Part shown: positions 15,800-23,996 of the stretch, piece after piece
How positions within the stretch are numbered: position 1 is the first letter of the stretch
Layout: every line of letters begins with the position of its first letter
Assembly: GCA_029777885.1 (NCBI GenBank)
Contig: JAKORJ010000193.1
Location: forward strand, 1-56,908
Length of the DNA: 56,908 nt
Origin: Bacillota bacterium
GTDB taxonomy: Bacteria > Bacillota > Clostridia > Caldicoprobacterales > DTU083
Direction: 5' to 3'
Notes under the pieces: model-generated
Databases searched by the model: none
Told to the model about the DNA's origin: nothing
Seen by the model: the letters and a program-made list of their open reading frames with translations, nothing else
Program-made: the position numbers and the translations under genes

Positions 15800-17836
15800 A
15801 TGTTTACTGCAAAGCGCCTGTTTATAATGCCTATTTGTGCCATCCTGCTTGCCTGCCTGGCAGTAAATACAGCTGCCGCCCGTATCCCTCAAACCGGCAA
15901 TTCAACCTCGATCACATACACATTATCATCCGACGGCAGCTGGTTGCGTACCCAGGATGCCTATCTGCCGGGCGAGATCCTGTTCCAGGATGACCCCCTG
16001 TGGCAGCCTGAGGATGTGTATGTATATGGCAATTGCCTGTATATTGCTGCCGCAGGCAACGGCTATGTCGTTGCATATGACCTTGATACCAGGAAGACAA
16101 GGATATATGGAGAGGGGACCCTCAATACTCCCACAGGCATATATGTGACCGGCCGGCAGGAGCTTTATGTGGCTGACTCGGGCTTTTCCAAGGTATTTGT
16201 GTTTGACGCTGAAGGCAAACTGCTTAGTGAATACGACAGGCCTGATGAAATGACATTTGGCGCCCAGGCACAATTTAAGCCTAAAAAGCTTGTGGTTGAT
16301 GAGTCAGGCGTCATGTCCATCGTTTCCGAGGGCTCTTATGACGGGGTGATCCAGCTTGGAGCAGAGGGTGAATTTCTGGGATACTTCGGATATAACTCGG
16401 TGCCAATGACCCTGCTTGAGCTGCTGCAGGACCGCTTTTTTACAGAAGAGCAGAAAAAACAGCTGTTCAACAGAATACCCCTGACCTTTTACAATCTCGC
16501 GTCCGATCCGGATGGTATTATATACACCATAACCCAAAGTGCTGTCGGTAATGCAATAAAAAAGCACAATATATCAGGTGTCAACATAATAAAGCATCAG
16601 ATGATCGATGAAAAAAACTTCACTGACATTGCGGTAGGGCCGACAGGACAGATCTATGCTGTGACACAGACAGGCCTGATATTTGAATATGACAATGACG
16701 GCAACCTCCTGTTCTCATTTGGCGGACAGGCTATATCCAGCGAACGCAGCGGCCTGCTCACAATAGCATCAGGTATAGCTGTCGATGATGAATATAACCT
16801 CTATGTGCTCGACAAGGAAAGAGGGCTGGTCCACACCTATGTGCCAACTGCTTTTGCAAATCTGGCCCATGAGGCGATCAATGAATATCGCCAGGGTAGT
16901 TATACATCCAGCAGGGACAAGCTGAATATGCTGCTTATGCTGGCAGGCAATGCCCGGTTTATTTACTATTACCTGGGCAAAAACGAGCTCCAGCTGAGAA
17001 ACCACCAGGCAGCTGCAGTGTTCTTCAGACAAGCCGGCGACCGCAGCGGATATTCGGAAGCCTTCTGGGAGATCAGAAACGATGTCATTAACGCCGTATT
17101 GCCGTGGATGTTTGCCGTATTTTTGGCAACAGTCCTGTTCAACCTTGTCCGTCGGTTGTGGAAAGGAAAACAGGCAGCACATCAAGGAACGCGGTTCCTT
17201 GTGAAAAGCCGTATCCTCAGTGACCTTATGTTCGGATTCAATGTACTAAGGCATCCCATAGACAGCTTTTACGAGGTCAAGACCGGGGCACGTGGGAGCA
17301 TATGGTCAGCAGTGATACTATACCTCCTGGCTTTCGGGGCTTTTGCCTTTGACTACCTGGGCAGGGGCTTTGCTTACAGCCTTAGGACGACAGAAAACAC
17401 CTCGCCCCTTTACGTCATACTTTTGTTCTTCCTGCCGGTTGCCCTGTTTATCATTTGCAGCTATATGGTCAGCGAACTGCATGACGGAAAGGGATGGTTC
17501 ATGACCGTATTTATAGGAATGTCATATGCCCTGGTGCCCTGGATATGTTTTCTTCCTGCGGTAACGGTGATGACCCACGTCCTTGCCCTGAACGAATCCT
17601 TTCTGATCACATTTTCAAGCCTGCTCGTATATGCCTGGACGACAGTGCTTGTGATACTGGCTATCCGTGAGATCCATGAATATGAGCTGCACCAGGTGCT
17701 GGGCAACATCATGCTGACGTTTTTTATGATGGTAGTGGTAATATTTGCATTTTCTATCATAGGGATGTTCTGGGATAAGGCCATAGAAATAGCCTCATCA
17801 ATCACAAGAGAGGTGAAGTATCGTGTCGGGCATTAG
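15800..17836 (+). CDS. Signal peptide + NHL-repeat beta-propeller + TPR-like segment + C-terminal Yip1-type polytopic membrane domain
   Basis: NHL-like blades appear as NTPTGIYVTGRQELYVADSGFSKVFVFDAEGKLL and ASGIAVDDEYNLYVLDKERGLVHTY. The C-terminal ~200 aa have five hydrophobic segments and a Yip1-like lead-in (NVLRHPIDSFYEVKTGARGSIWSAVILYLLAF). Confidence 0.65.
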   Translation: MFTAKRLFIMPICAILLACLAVNTAAARIPQTGNSTSITYTLSSDGSWLRTQDAYLPGEILFQDDPLWQPEDVYVYGNCLYIAAAGNGYVVAYDLDTRKTRIYGEGTLNTPTGIYVTGRQELYVADSGFSKVFVFDAEGKLLSEYDRPDEMTFGAQAQFKPKKLVVDESGVMSIVSEGSYDGVIQLGAEGEFLGYFGYNSVPMTLLELLQDRFFTEEQKKQLFNRIPLTFYNLASDPDGIIYTITQSAVGNAIKKHNISGVNIIKHQMIDEKNFTDIAVGPTGQIYAVTQTGLIFEYDNDGNLLFSFGGQAISSERSGLLTIASGIAVDDEYNLYVLDKERGLVHTYVPTAFANLAHEAINEYRQGSYTSSRDKLNMLLMLAGNARFIYYYLGKNELQLRNHQAAAVFFRQAGDRSGYSEAFWEIRNDVINAVLPWMFAVFLATVLFNLVRRLWKGKQAAHQGTRFLVKSRILSDLMFGFNVLRHPIDSFYEVKTGARGSIWSAVILYLLAFGAFAFDYLGRGFAYSLRTTENTSPLYVILLFFLPVALFIICSYMVSELHDGKGWFMTVFIGMSYALVPWICFLPAVTVMTHVLALNESFLITFSSLLVYAWTTVLVILAIREIHEYELHQVLGNIMLTFFMMVVVIFAFSIIGMFWDKAIEIASSITREVKYRVGH

Positions 17837-20102
17837 AGCAATAAAGCTATCCGTGATTGCGGGGCTGATACCGGCCTTGCTGCTGATATCAGGCTGCAGC
17901 TATTCATTGCAGCAGGATACAGGCTTGTCAGCAGGGATGCTTGTGAGCGGCAGTCTTGAACTAAGCTCCAGCCGCCATACCAAGCCGGAGCCTGCTTCGG
18001 AAGAGATTCCGGGGTTGAGCCTGGACGGGTTTGAAAAGAAACTGGAAAACGAACGATTTGAGCTATACTTCCGGGGCGAGACCGGGGCTATCAGGCTGAA
18101 GGATAAACGCAGCGGCTATGTATGGGGATCGATAGCTGAAGATAAGCCTTTCAATCTGAACAGGACCTGGTCAGCAATAGCCAATTCTGTCATAGCTATA
18201 GATGTATATGATGTCAACGGGGCGCTGAAAACCCTTGGCGCAGGAAAAGACGGGTTGATCCTGTCCGTTCATGGAAACAGGATCGAGGCAAAAGTGCATT
18301 GGCCTGAACAGCAGATAGAATTGAAATTTGAAATGGAGCTGACAGCAGAAGGGCTCAGGCTCAGGCTGGATGATGAGTCCATACGTGAAATAGGGGAATT
18401 TAGCCTGGGTGCCGTTTATTTCCTTCCCTTTTTCGGTTCAACGATAGGGGATGAAAAGCAAGGCTATATTTTTGTTCCAGACGGCTGCGGCGCGCTCATC
18501 CGCTTTACAAAGCCAAGGGGATACCTGCAGGGCTTTTCAAAGAGAGTGTATGGCAACGACTTTGGGATAGACAGCCTGTCTGCTATAGAAGACCTGGGGG
18601 CAAACCGTGTAAATGCCTTTGCCATGGATGAGGAAACCGTTTCTTTGCCAGTGTTCGGCGTCGTGCATGGCACAAAGCAGAACGCATTTCTGGCTGTAAT
18701 CGAGCAGGGTGAATCCTATGCAGAGATACAGGCTAATCCCGCAGGCATTACAACGGACTACAACAGGGTGACCGCCAGGTTTGTGTACCGTCAGAAATAT
18801 GAACAGCCGGTAAGCAAGGCAGGCGCCGGCGTCCAGGTGCTGCAGAAAAACAGAAATGAGGTCAATCCGGTTATAAGCTACTGCTTTTTGACCGGCGAAA
18901 ACGCGGATTATGTCGGTATGGCCAAGGCATACCGCAGGTATCTTGTTGACAAGGGGATCTTGGAGAAACAGCAGCCTAAGGATGGAGATATTGCTTTAAG
19001 GCTCGATTTCCTTGCCGCGGATATCAAAAAGGAGTTCATTGGGACTTCAGTGCTGAAGATAACAGGCATTGATGAAATAGAGCAACTGGTAAGGAAGCTT
19101 CATGACATGGGGATCACCAACCTGGAGGTCTCCTTGTCCGGATGGCAGGATGGCGGGCTAAACGGTCACAGGAAGACCCGGATTAGTACTGATACAGTCT
19201 ATGGCGGGATATCGAGCCTGGGCGACCTCAAGCAGCTGGTTGGACCCGACGGCAAGCTCAGCCTGTACCTAAGTCCGTTTACCGCCCTGAAGGAACAGCT
19301 CGATCTAAGGAGCGAGGCTGCGATAACAGTATCGCAAAATGTAGTTAAAATTAAAACCGATGATGAGTCTTACCCCTACCTTTATTTCGTAAAGACCAGC
19401 AAGGCGCTGGATACGCTTGAAAACCAGGTATCTGCGATGGCAGCGGCCGGCTATGCCAATTGGGTATTGGATGATGTCGGATATCTCTTATACGGCGAGT
19501 ATCTGCAGAACAAGACTATTTCCCGGGAAGAGGCCCGGCTGTTGGTGCAGCAGGCAGTGGCCGATCTAGCGTGCAGGTACGGCAGGTTGGAAATTGTCCG
19601 TCCCAATCAGTACCTGCTTGAATATACCGATGCCTACCTGTCAGCGCCTATAGTCAGCAGTCAGCTGTTGTTTGAGACCGATACAGTCCCCTTTCTGCAG
19701 ATAGTGCTATCGGGCTATATAACGATGTATGCTCCCTACACTAATCTAAGCCTGTATTCCCGAGCTGACATCCTCAGGCAGATAGATTACAACATGCTTC
19801 CCTCATTCCTGCTTACAGGGAAGACCAATTATGAGCTAAAACGTACGGCTTCAGCTCATATCCAATCCTCATGGATAGAACACTGGGATGAGTATATTGT
19901 TGAAGTCTATGAAATGATGAATGAAATCATGTCAAAGATAAGGGGACAGGCATTCGTAGACAGGATCGTGCTTGAAACCGGCCTTGTAAAAAATATATAT
20001 GAATCAGGTACAGTATATATCAACTACAATTCAACTGACAAACAGGCCGACGGGCTGTCTATCCCGGCTATGTCAGCGATTTATGCGGAAGGCAGGAAGT
20101 GA
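17823..20102 (+). CDS. Large lipoprotein, DUF5696-like (function unknown; candidate glycan-active enzyme)
   Basis: 14-nt overlap with the upstream gene and lipobox LLISGCSY. The motif GYIFVPDGCGALIRF and the overall size recall DUF5696 proteins. From memory, these neighbour Yip1 and large SBP genes in Paenibacillus and Clostridia. Confidence 0.5.
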   Translation: MSGIRAIKLSVIAGLIPALLLISGCSYSLQQDTGLSAGMLVSGSLELSSSRHTKPEPASEEIPGLSLDGFEKKLENERFELYFRGETGAIRLKDKRSGYVWGSIAEDKPFNLNRTWSAIANSVIAIDVYDVNGALKTLGAGKDGLILSVHGNRIEAKVHWPEQQIELKFEMELTAEGLRLRLDDESIREIGEFSLGAVYFLPFFGSTIGDEKQGYIFVPDGCGALIRFTKPRGYLQGFSKRVYGNDFGIDSLSAIEDLGANRVNAFAMDEETVSLPVFGVVHGTKQNAFLAVIEQGESYAEIQANPAGITTDYNRVTARFVYRQKYEQPVSKAGAGVQVLQKNRNEVNPVISYCFLTGENADYVGMAKAYRRYLVDKGILEKQQPKDGDIALRLDFLAADIKKEFIGTSVLKITGIDEIEQLVRKLHDMGITNLEVSLSGWQDGGLNGHRKTRISTDTVYGGISSLGDLKQLVGPDGKLSLYLSPFTALKEQLDLRSEAAITVSQNVVKIKTDDESYPYLYFVKTSKALDTLENQVSAMAAAGYANWVLDDVGYLLYGEYLQNKTISREEARLLVQQAVADLACRYGRLEIVRPNQYLLEYTDAYLSAPIVSSQLLFETDTVPFLQIVLSGYITMYAPYTNLSLYSRADILRQIDYNMLPSFLLTGKTNYELKRTASAHIQSSWIEHWDEYIVEVYEMMNEIMSKIRGQAFVDRIVLETGLVKNIYESGTVYINYNSTDKQADGLSIPAMSAIYAEGRK

Positions 20103-21061
20103 TGAGAGAGATGAGCCATTTTAGGTCAAACCTGTTATCTAGGAGACAGAAGAAAGCTGCAGCCGGAGCCAAATGTTCAACCGATGAAGTCAGAAGGCCA
20201 TGGCTCAGCAGTATGCAGGCAAAAGAGGCTGTGAGCGGCTACTTGTTTTTCTTGCCCTGGCTGGCAGGCTTTCTGATATTTACGATCTATCCTTTTGTAT
20301 ACTCGGTTCTGCTGAGCTTCAGTGAGGTCATCCTTTCTCCTGCCGGGATCAAAAGGTCGTTCATAGGTCTTAAATGGTATCGTGAAGCCCTGACTGCGGA
20401 TGCGACCTATCCTGTAAGCCTGTTGGATACGCTGAGATTTATAGTGCTATCCACACCCATGATCACAGTTGCTGCATTGCTGCTTGCCTTGCTGCTCAAC
20501 GGCAGGTTCAGGGGCAGGACTTTTTTCCGGGCGGTATTTTTCTTTCCGGTGATCATAATAAGCGGGCCTGTGATAGCAGAGCTATTAAGCACCAAGGCTG
20601 CTGTTGTGATAAATCCGTCGGATTATGCTGTTTATGAGTTTGTCCGGACCCTGCCAGGGTTCCTGTCGATGCCCCTCCTTTATATATTTGACAATATTGT
20701 GCTGATACTATGGTTTTCCGGAGTACAAGTCATTATTTTCCTGGCTGGCATCCAAAAAATCGGACAGCCTATCCGGGAGGCAGCATCCATCGACGGTGCT
20801 TCAGCATGGCAGATGTTCTGGAAGATCTACCTGCCCTTCCTAAAGCCGCTGGTTCTGCTGAACACGATTTATACCATAGTGATGCTGTCGGGCTTTTCAA
20901 GCAATGCAGTGAATGGGGAGATCGTAAACAAAATGACACTGACAGGGAAAGTATATGGGTATTCATCGGCTATGTCATGGATCTATTTCATCTTGCTGAT
21001 TATACTGCTTGGCATAACCTATCTGATATTCAGCGAAAGAAAGGGAAGGGCGGGCTACTGA
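20099..21061 (+). CDS. Carbohydrate ABC transporter permease (second pair, MalF-like)
   Basis: It overlaps the upstream stop. The start is ambiguous among GTG 20099, ATG 20102 and ATG 20111. EAA loop IREAASIDGASAWQMFWKIYLPFLKP. Confidence 0.85.
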   Translation: MMREMSHFRSNLLSRRQKKAAAGAKCSTDEVRRPWLSSMQAKEAVSGYLFFLPWLAGFLIFTIYPFVYSVLLSFSEVILSPAGIKRSFIGLKWYREALTADATYPVSLLDTLRFIVLSTPMITVAALLLALLLNGRFRGRTFFRAVFFFPVIIISGPVIAELLSTKAAVVINPSDYAVYEFVRTLPGFLSMPLLYIFDNIVLILWFSGVQVIIFLAGIQKIGQPIREAASIDGASAWQMFWKIYLPFLKPLVLLNTIYTIVMLSGFSSNAVNGEIVNKMTLTGKVYGYSSAMSWIYFILLIILLGITYLIFSERKGRAGY

Positions 21062-21951
21062 TGATTTCAAGACGCAGAATCCGTGTGTTTGCTGGGCTTC
21101 AGCTTAGATACTTCCTATTGATCGGCATAGGCCTTGTATTTCTATATCCTGTTGCCTATATGCTGGTCAATTCAGCCAAGAGCCTGCCTGACCTGGTCAA
21201 TCCCACTATAGAGTGGATACCTTCTACCTTGTACCTGGACAATTACAGCAGGGCGTTGAAGGTGCTGGATTACAGGCATACCCTGATCGTTACGGTCCTG
21301 CTTGTCGCCATGGAAACCCTGCTCCAGACCTTTTCCTGCTCCCTGGCCGGATATGCCCTGGCGCGGTACAGGATGCCTTTTAAACGGTTCTGGATGGCAA
21401 TGGTCGTTATTACCTTCCTGATACCTTCCCATGTGACCCTGATACCAAAATACATAATGTTCTCAAGCTACCAGCTGGTAGGCAGCCCCCTGTCTGTCTT
21501 GCTGCCGGCCTCCCTGGGACAGGGCATCAACAGTACTGTATTTGTTTTGATTTTCTATCAGTTTTTCTCGTCGTACCCCAGATCATTCGATGAAGCGGCC
21601 CAGATAGACGGAGCCGGCAGGCTAAGGGTTTTTTTCCGGATAGCCCTGCCTGTGTGCGTCCCCGCGATAGTAGTCTCATTGCTCTTTTCCTTTGTATGGT
21701 TCTGGAATGAGACCTATACTTCGGGCTTGCTTCTTGGCTCAGGCTTAAGGACATTGCCCATGAAGCTTCAATCCTTTGTGGAGGAGTACAGTCGGTCTTT
21801 CAGTTCCGGTAGTGACGGTGTTAACAGGATCAATGAGAGCATCCGCTCTGCTGCGACCCTGCTGGTTATAACGCCTCTCCTCATGCTGTATTTGGTTATG
21901 CAGCGCTATTTCATAGAGGGAGTGGAGTCATCGGGGATAACAGGAGAATAG
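21061..21951 (+). CDS. Carbohydrate ABC transporter permease (second pair, MalG-like)
   Basis: ATG at 21061 overlaps the upstream TGA by 1 nt. The track ORF (20710-21951) extends upstream out of frame over the previous gene. EAA loop FDEAAQIDGAGRLRVFFRIALPV. Confidence 0.85.
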   Translation: MISRRRIRVFAGLQLRYFLLIGIGLVFLYPVAYMLVNSAKSLPDLVNPTIEWIPSTLYLDNYSRALKVLDYRHTLIVTVLLVAMETLLQTFSCSLAGYALARYRMPFKRFWMAMVVITFLIPSHVTLIPKYIMFSSYQLVGSPLSVLLPASLGQGINSTVFVLIFYQFFSSYPRSFDEAAQIDGAGRLRVFFRIALPVCVPAIVVSLLFSFVWFWNETYTSGLLLGSGLRTLPMKLQSFVEEYSRSFSSGSDGVNRINESIRSAATLLVITPLLMLYLVMQRYFIEGVESSGITGE

Positions 21952-21986
21952 CAGTATGCAGAAACGGAAGGGACTTGGATCGGACA

Positions 21987-23039
21987 ATGGACAAGTGCTA
22001 TGGTGTTGTACTTATAGGATGCGGGCATATAGGAGAGCAGCATATTGAGGATATATATTATCGCGACAATGTGGATATAGTTGGGGTCGTGGATGTAAAT
22101 GAGGAGCTGGCACGCACCTTTGCGCGAAAATACAATGCAAAGGCCTATGGAACGGACTATCTGCCCTTTCTCAGAATGAAGGAAACAGATATCGTTATAA
22201 TAGCAACTTACGCTGACAGCCATCTAGGGATATTGCAGGACTGCCTGCGATATAAAAAGCATGTGCTGTGTGAAAAACCCATTGCTTCCAGCCTGGCGGC
22301 AGGGAAAAGGTTCTACTCCCTGGTAAAGGGTACTCAGCAGAAGGTGCTGGTTGCCCATATACTGAGGCATAACAAATCATACCAGAAGGTCGCTGAGCTC
22401 ATACAAAGCGGTGCCATAGGCAGGCTTAGGCTGATACGAATGGTCCAGAATCATCATGCGATAAACTGGCAGAGATATAAAAGGCTTATGGCTGACTGCC
22501 CTCCCATAGTGGACTGTGGTGTTCACTATATCGATGTTATGCAGTGGTTTTCGGGCTCGCGGGTGGTCGAGGTAAGCGGGATAAGCTGCAGGCTTGACAG
22601 TGATGTTGATGTAGACAATTACGGTGTTATAAACGTAAGGTTTGCTAACGGGTGTATCGGATACTATGAAGCCGGATGGAGCAGAAACCTGGGATCATGC
22701 AATGTCAAAGAGTTTATTGGCGATAGGGGACGGATCAGCCTTACCCTCAGGGAGAACAGGCCTGCCAACCGGGAGGAGGGCGACTTGATAACCCTGTATA
22801 GCAGTGATACCGGAGAGTACAAAACGATCAATATCCAGTCAAAATATAACGATATGTATGCGCAGCTGTCCGCGCTGATCGACATGATCGAATCCAATGC
22901 ACCGGCGAATCCGGATATAGACGATGTCTATAGTGCCTTTTACACTGCAATGGTGGCAAAAGAGGCAATTGAGAACAAATGCTGTTACCGGATACAGCCT
23001 TTTGATGTGCGCACTGCTGTTGGCCACTTAAGCATTTGA
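21987..23039 (+). CDS. Gfo/Idh/MocA-family oxidoreductase
   Basis: ATG at 21987 follows GGAAGGG. Motifs YGVVLIGCGHIGEQH, HVLCEKP and IVDCGVHYIDVMQW. Confidence 0.85.
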   Translation: MDKCYGVVLIGCGHIGEQHIEDIYYRDNVDIVGVVDVNEELARTFARKYNAKAYGTDYLPFLRMKETDIVIIATYADSHLGILQDCLRYKKHVLCEKPIASSLAAGKRFYSLVKGTQQKVLVAHILRHNKSYQKVAELIQSGAIGRLRLIRMVQNHHAINWQRYKRLMADCPPIVDCGVHYIDVMQWFSGSRVVEVSGISCRLDSDVDVDNYGVINVRFANGCIGYYEAGWSRNLGSCNVKEFIGDRGRISLTLRENRPANREEGDLITLYSSDTGEYKTINIQSKYNDMYAQLSALIDMIESNAPANPDIDDVYSAFYTAMVAKEAIENKCCYRIQPFDVRTAVGHLSI

Positions 23040-23083
23040 AATATACAAAATATAAACTATTAATGCGTAAAGGAGAGGATATT

Positions 23084-23938
23084 ATGAGCAATTTTAAAAT
23101 CGGGATCATAGCAGACGGATTGCGGCTTCCGTTCAGAGAGAGCATGGAGAAATGCGCGCAAATGGGCGCTGATGGAGTTCAGCTTTATGCCGTGAGCGGA
23201 GATATGGCACCCGAGAACATGACCCGCTCCGATCTCGTTGAGAAGCGTTCCATCATAAGGGATTGCGGCCTGGAGGTTTCCGCCCTTTGCGGTGACCTGG
23301 GGGGGCACGGATTTGCTGTTTTGGAGGAAAATGCCTGGAAAATCGAGAAATCAAAGCGCATTATTGATCTTGCCCTGGAGTTCGGCTGCAATATCGTTAC
23401 GACTCATATCGGGGTGATCCCGGCAGACAAGGCCGGAGCAAGGTATGGGATCATGCAAGAGGCCTGCAACGAGCTGGCTGAATATGCGCACAAATGTGGT
23501 GCATACTTAGCTATTGAAACAGGGCCTGAACCGGCCACTCATCTGAAAGAGTTTTTAGACAGCCTGAGCAGCAAAGGCCTTGCTGTCAACATGGATCCCG
23601 CTAATCTGGTAATGGTCACCGGTGATGATCCGGTACAGGCAGTATATACACTGAAGGAATATATCGTACATACTCATGCCAAGGATGGAATAATGTTACA
23701 AAAGACTGACCCGCAGGTCATCTACGACTTTTTCGCTGAAGGCGGTATAGGCGATCTACGGCTGGAGGACTATTTCAAGGAGATGCCCCTGGGACAGGGG
23801 AATGTGGACTTTGGCAGGTATCTGGCTGCGCTAAAGGATATTGGATATAGCGGCTACCTGACTATTGAAAGAGAGCTTGGCAGCGATCCGGAAGCTGATA
23901 TACGGGCGGCAGTTGATTTCCTGAGAAAGATGATATAA
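23084..23938 (+). CDS. Sugar phosphate isomerase/epimerase-family (xylose-isomerase-like TIM barrel) protein
   Basis: RBS AAAGGAGAGG. Family motifs are GADGVQLYA, HIGVIP, LAIETGPE, NMDPANL, HTHAKDG and GYSGYLTIERE. Confidence 0.85.
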   Translation: MSNFKIGIIADGLRLPFRESMEKCAQMGADGVQLYAVSGDMAPENMTRSDLVEKRSIIRDCGLEVSALCGDLGGHGFAVLEENAWKIEKSKRIIDLALEFGCNIVTTHIGVIPADKAGARYGIMQEACNELAEYAHKCGAYLAIETGPEPATHLKEFLDSLSSKGLAVNMDPANLVMVTGDDPVQAVYTLKEYIVHTHAKDGIMLQKTDPQVIYDFFAEGGIGDLRLEDYFKEMPLGQGNVDFGRYLAALKDIGYSGYLTIERELGSDPEADIRAAVDFLRKMI

Positions 23939-23996
23939 GGGTGGACATGATATGCAGCGTGGTGTAGAATGGTAACCAGATATACATATCTTAGGG

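Noticed and set aside
20710-21060. N-terminal 117-aa extension of the 413-aa track ORF
   Set aside because: It overlaps the preceding permease gene in another frame. The ATG at 21061 overlaps the upstream TGA, as in the other coupled junctions of this operon, and it yields a normal-length MalG-type permease.
9649-21951. Missing ABC ATPase, considered as evidence of a degraded transporter
   Set aside because: Carbohydrate (CUT1) importers in Firmicutes normally rely on a shared ATPase encoded elsewhere. The permease EAA loops are intact.
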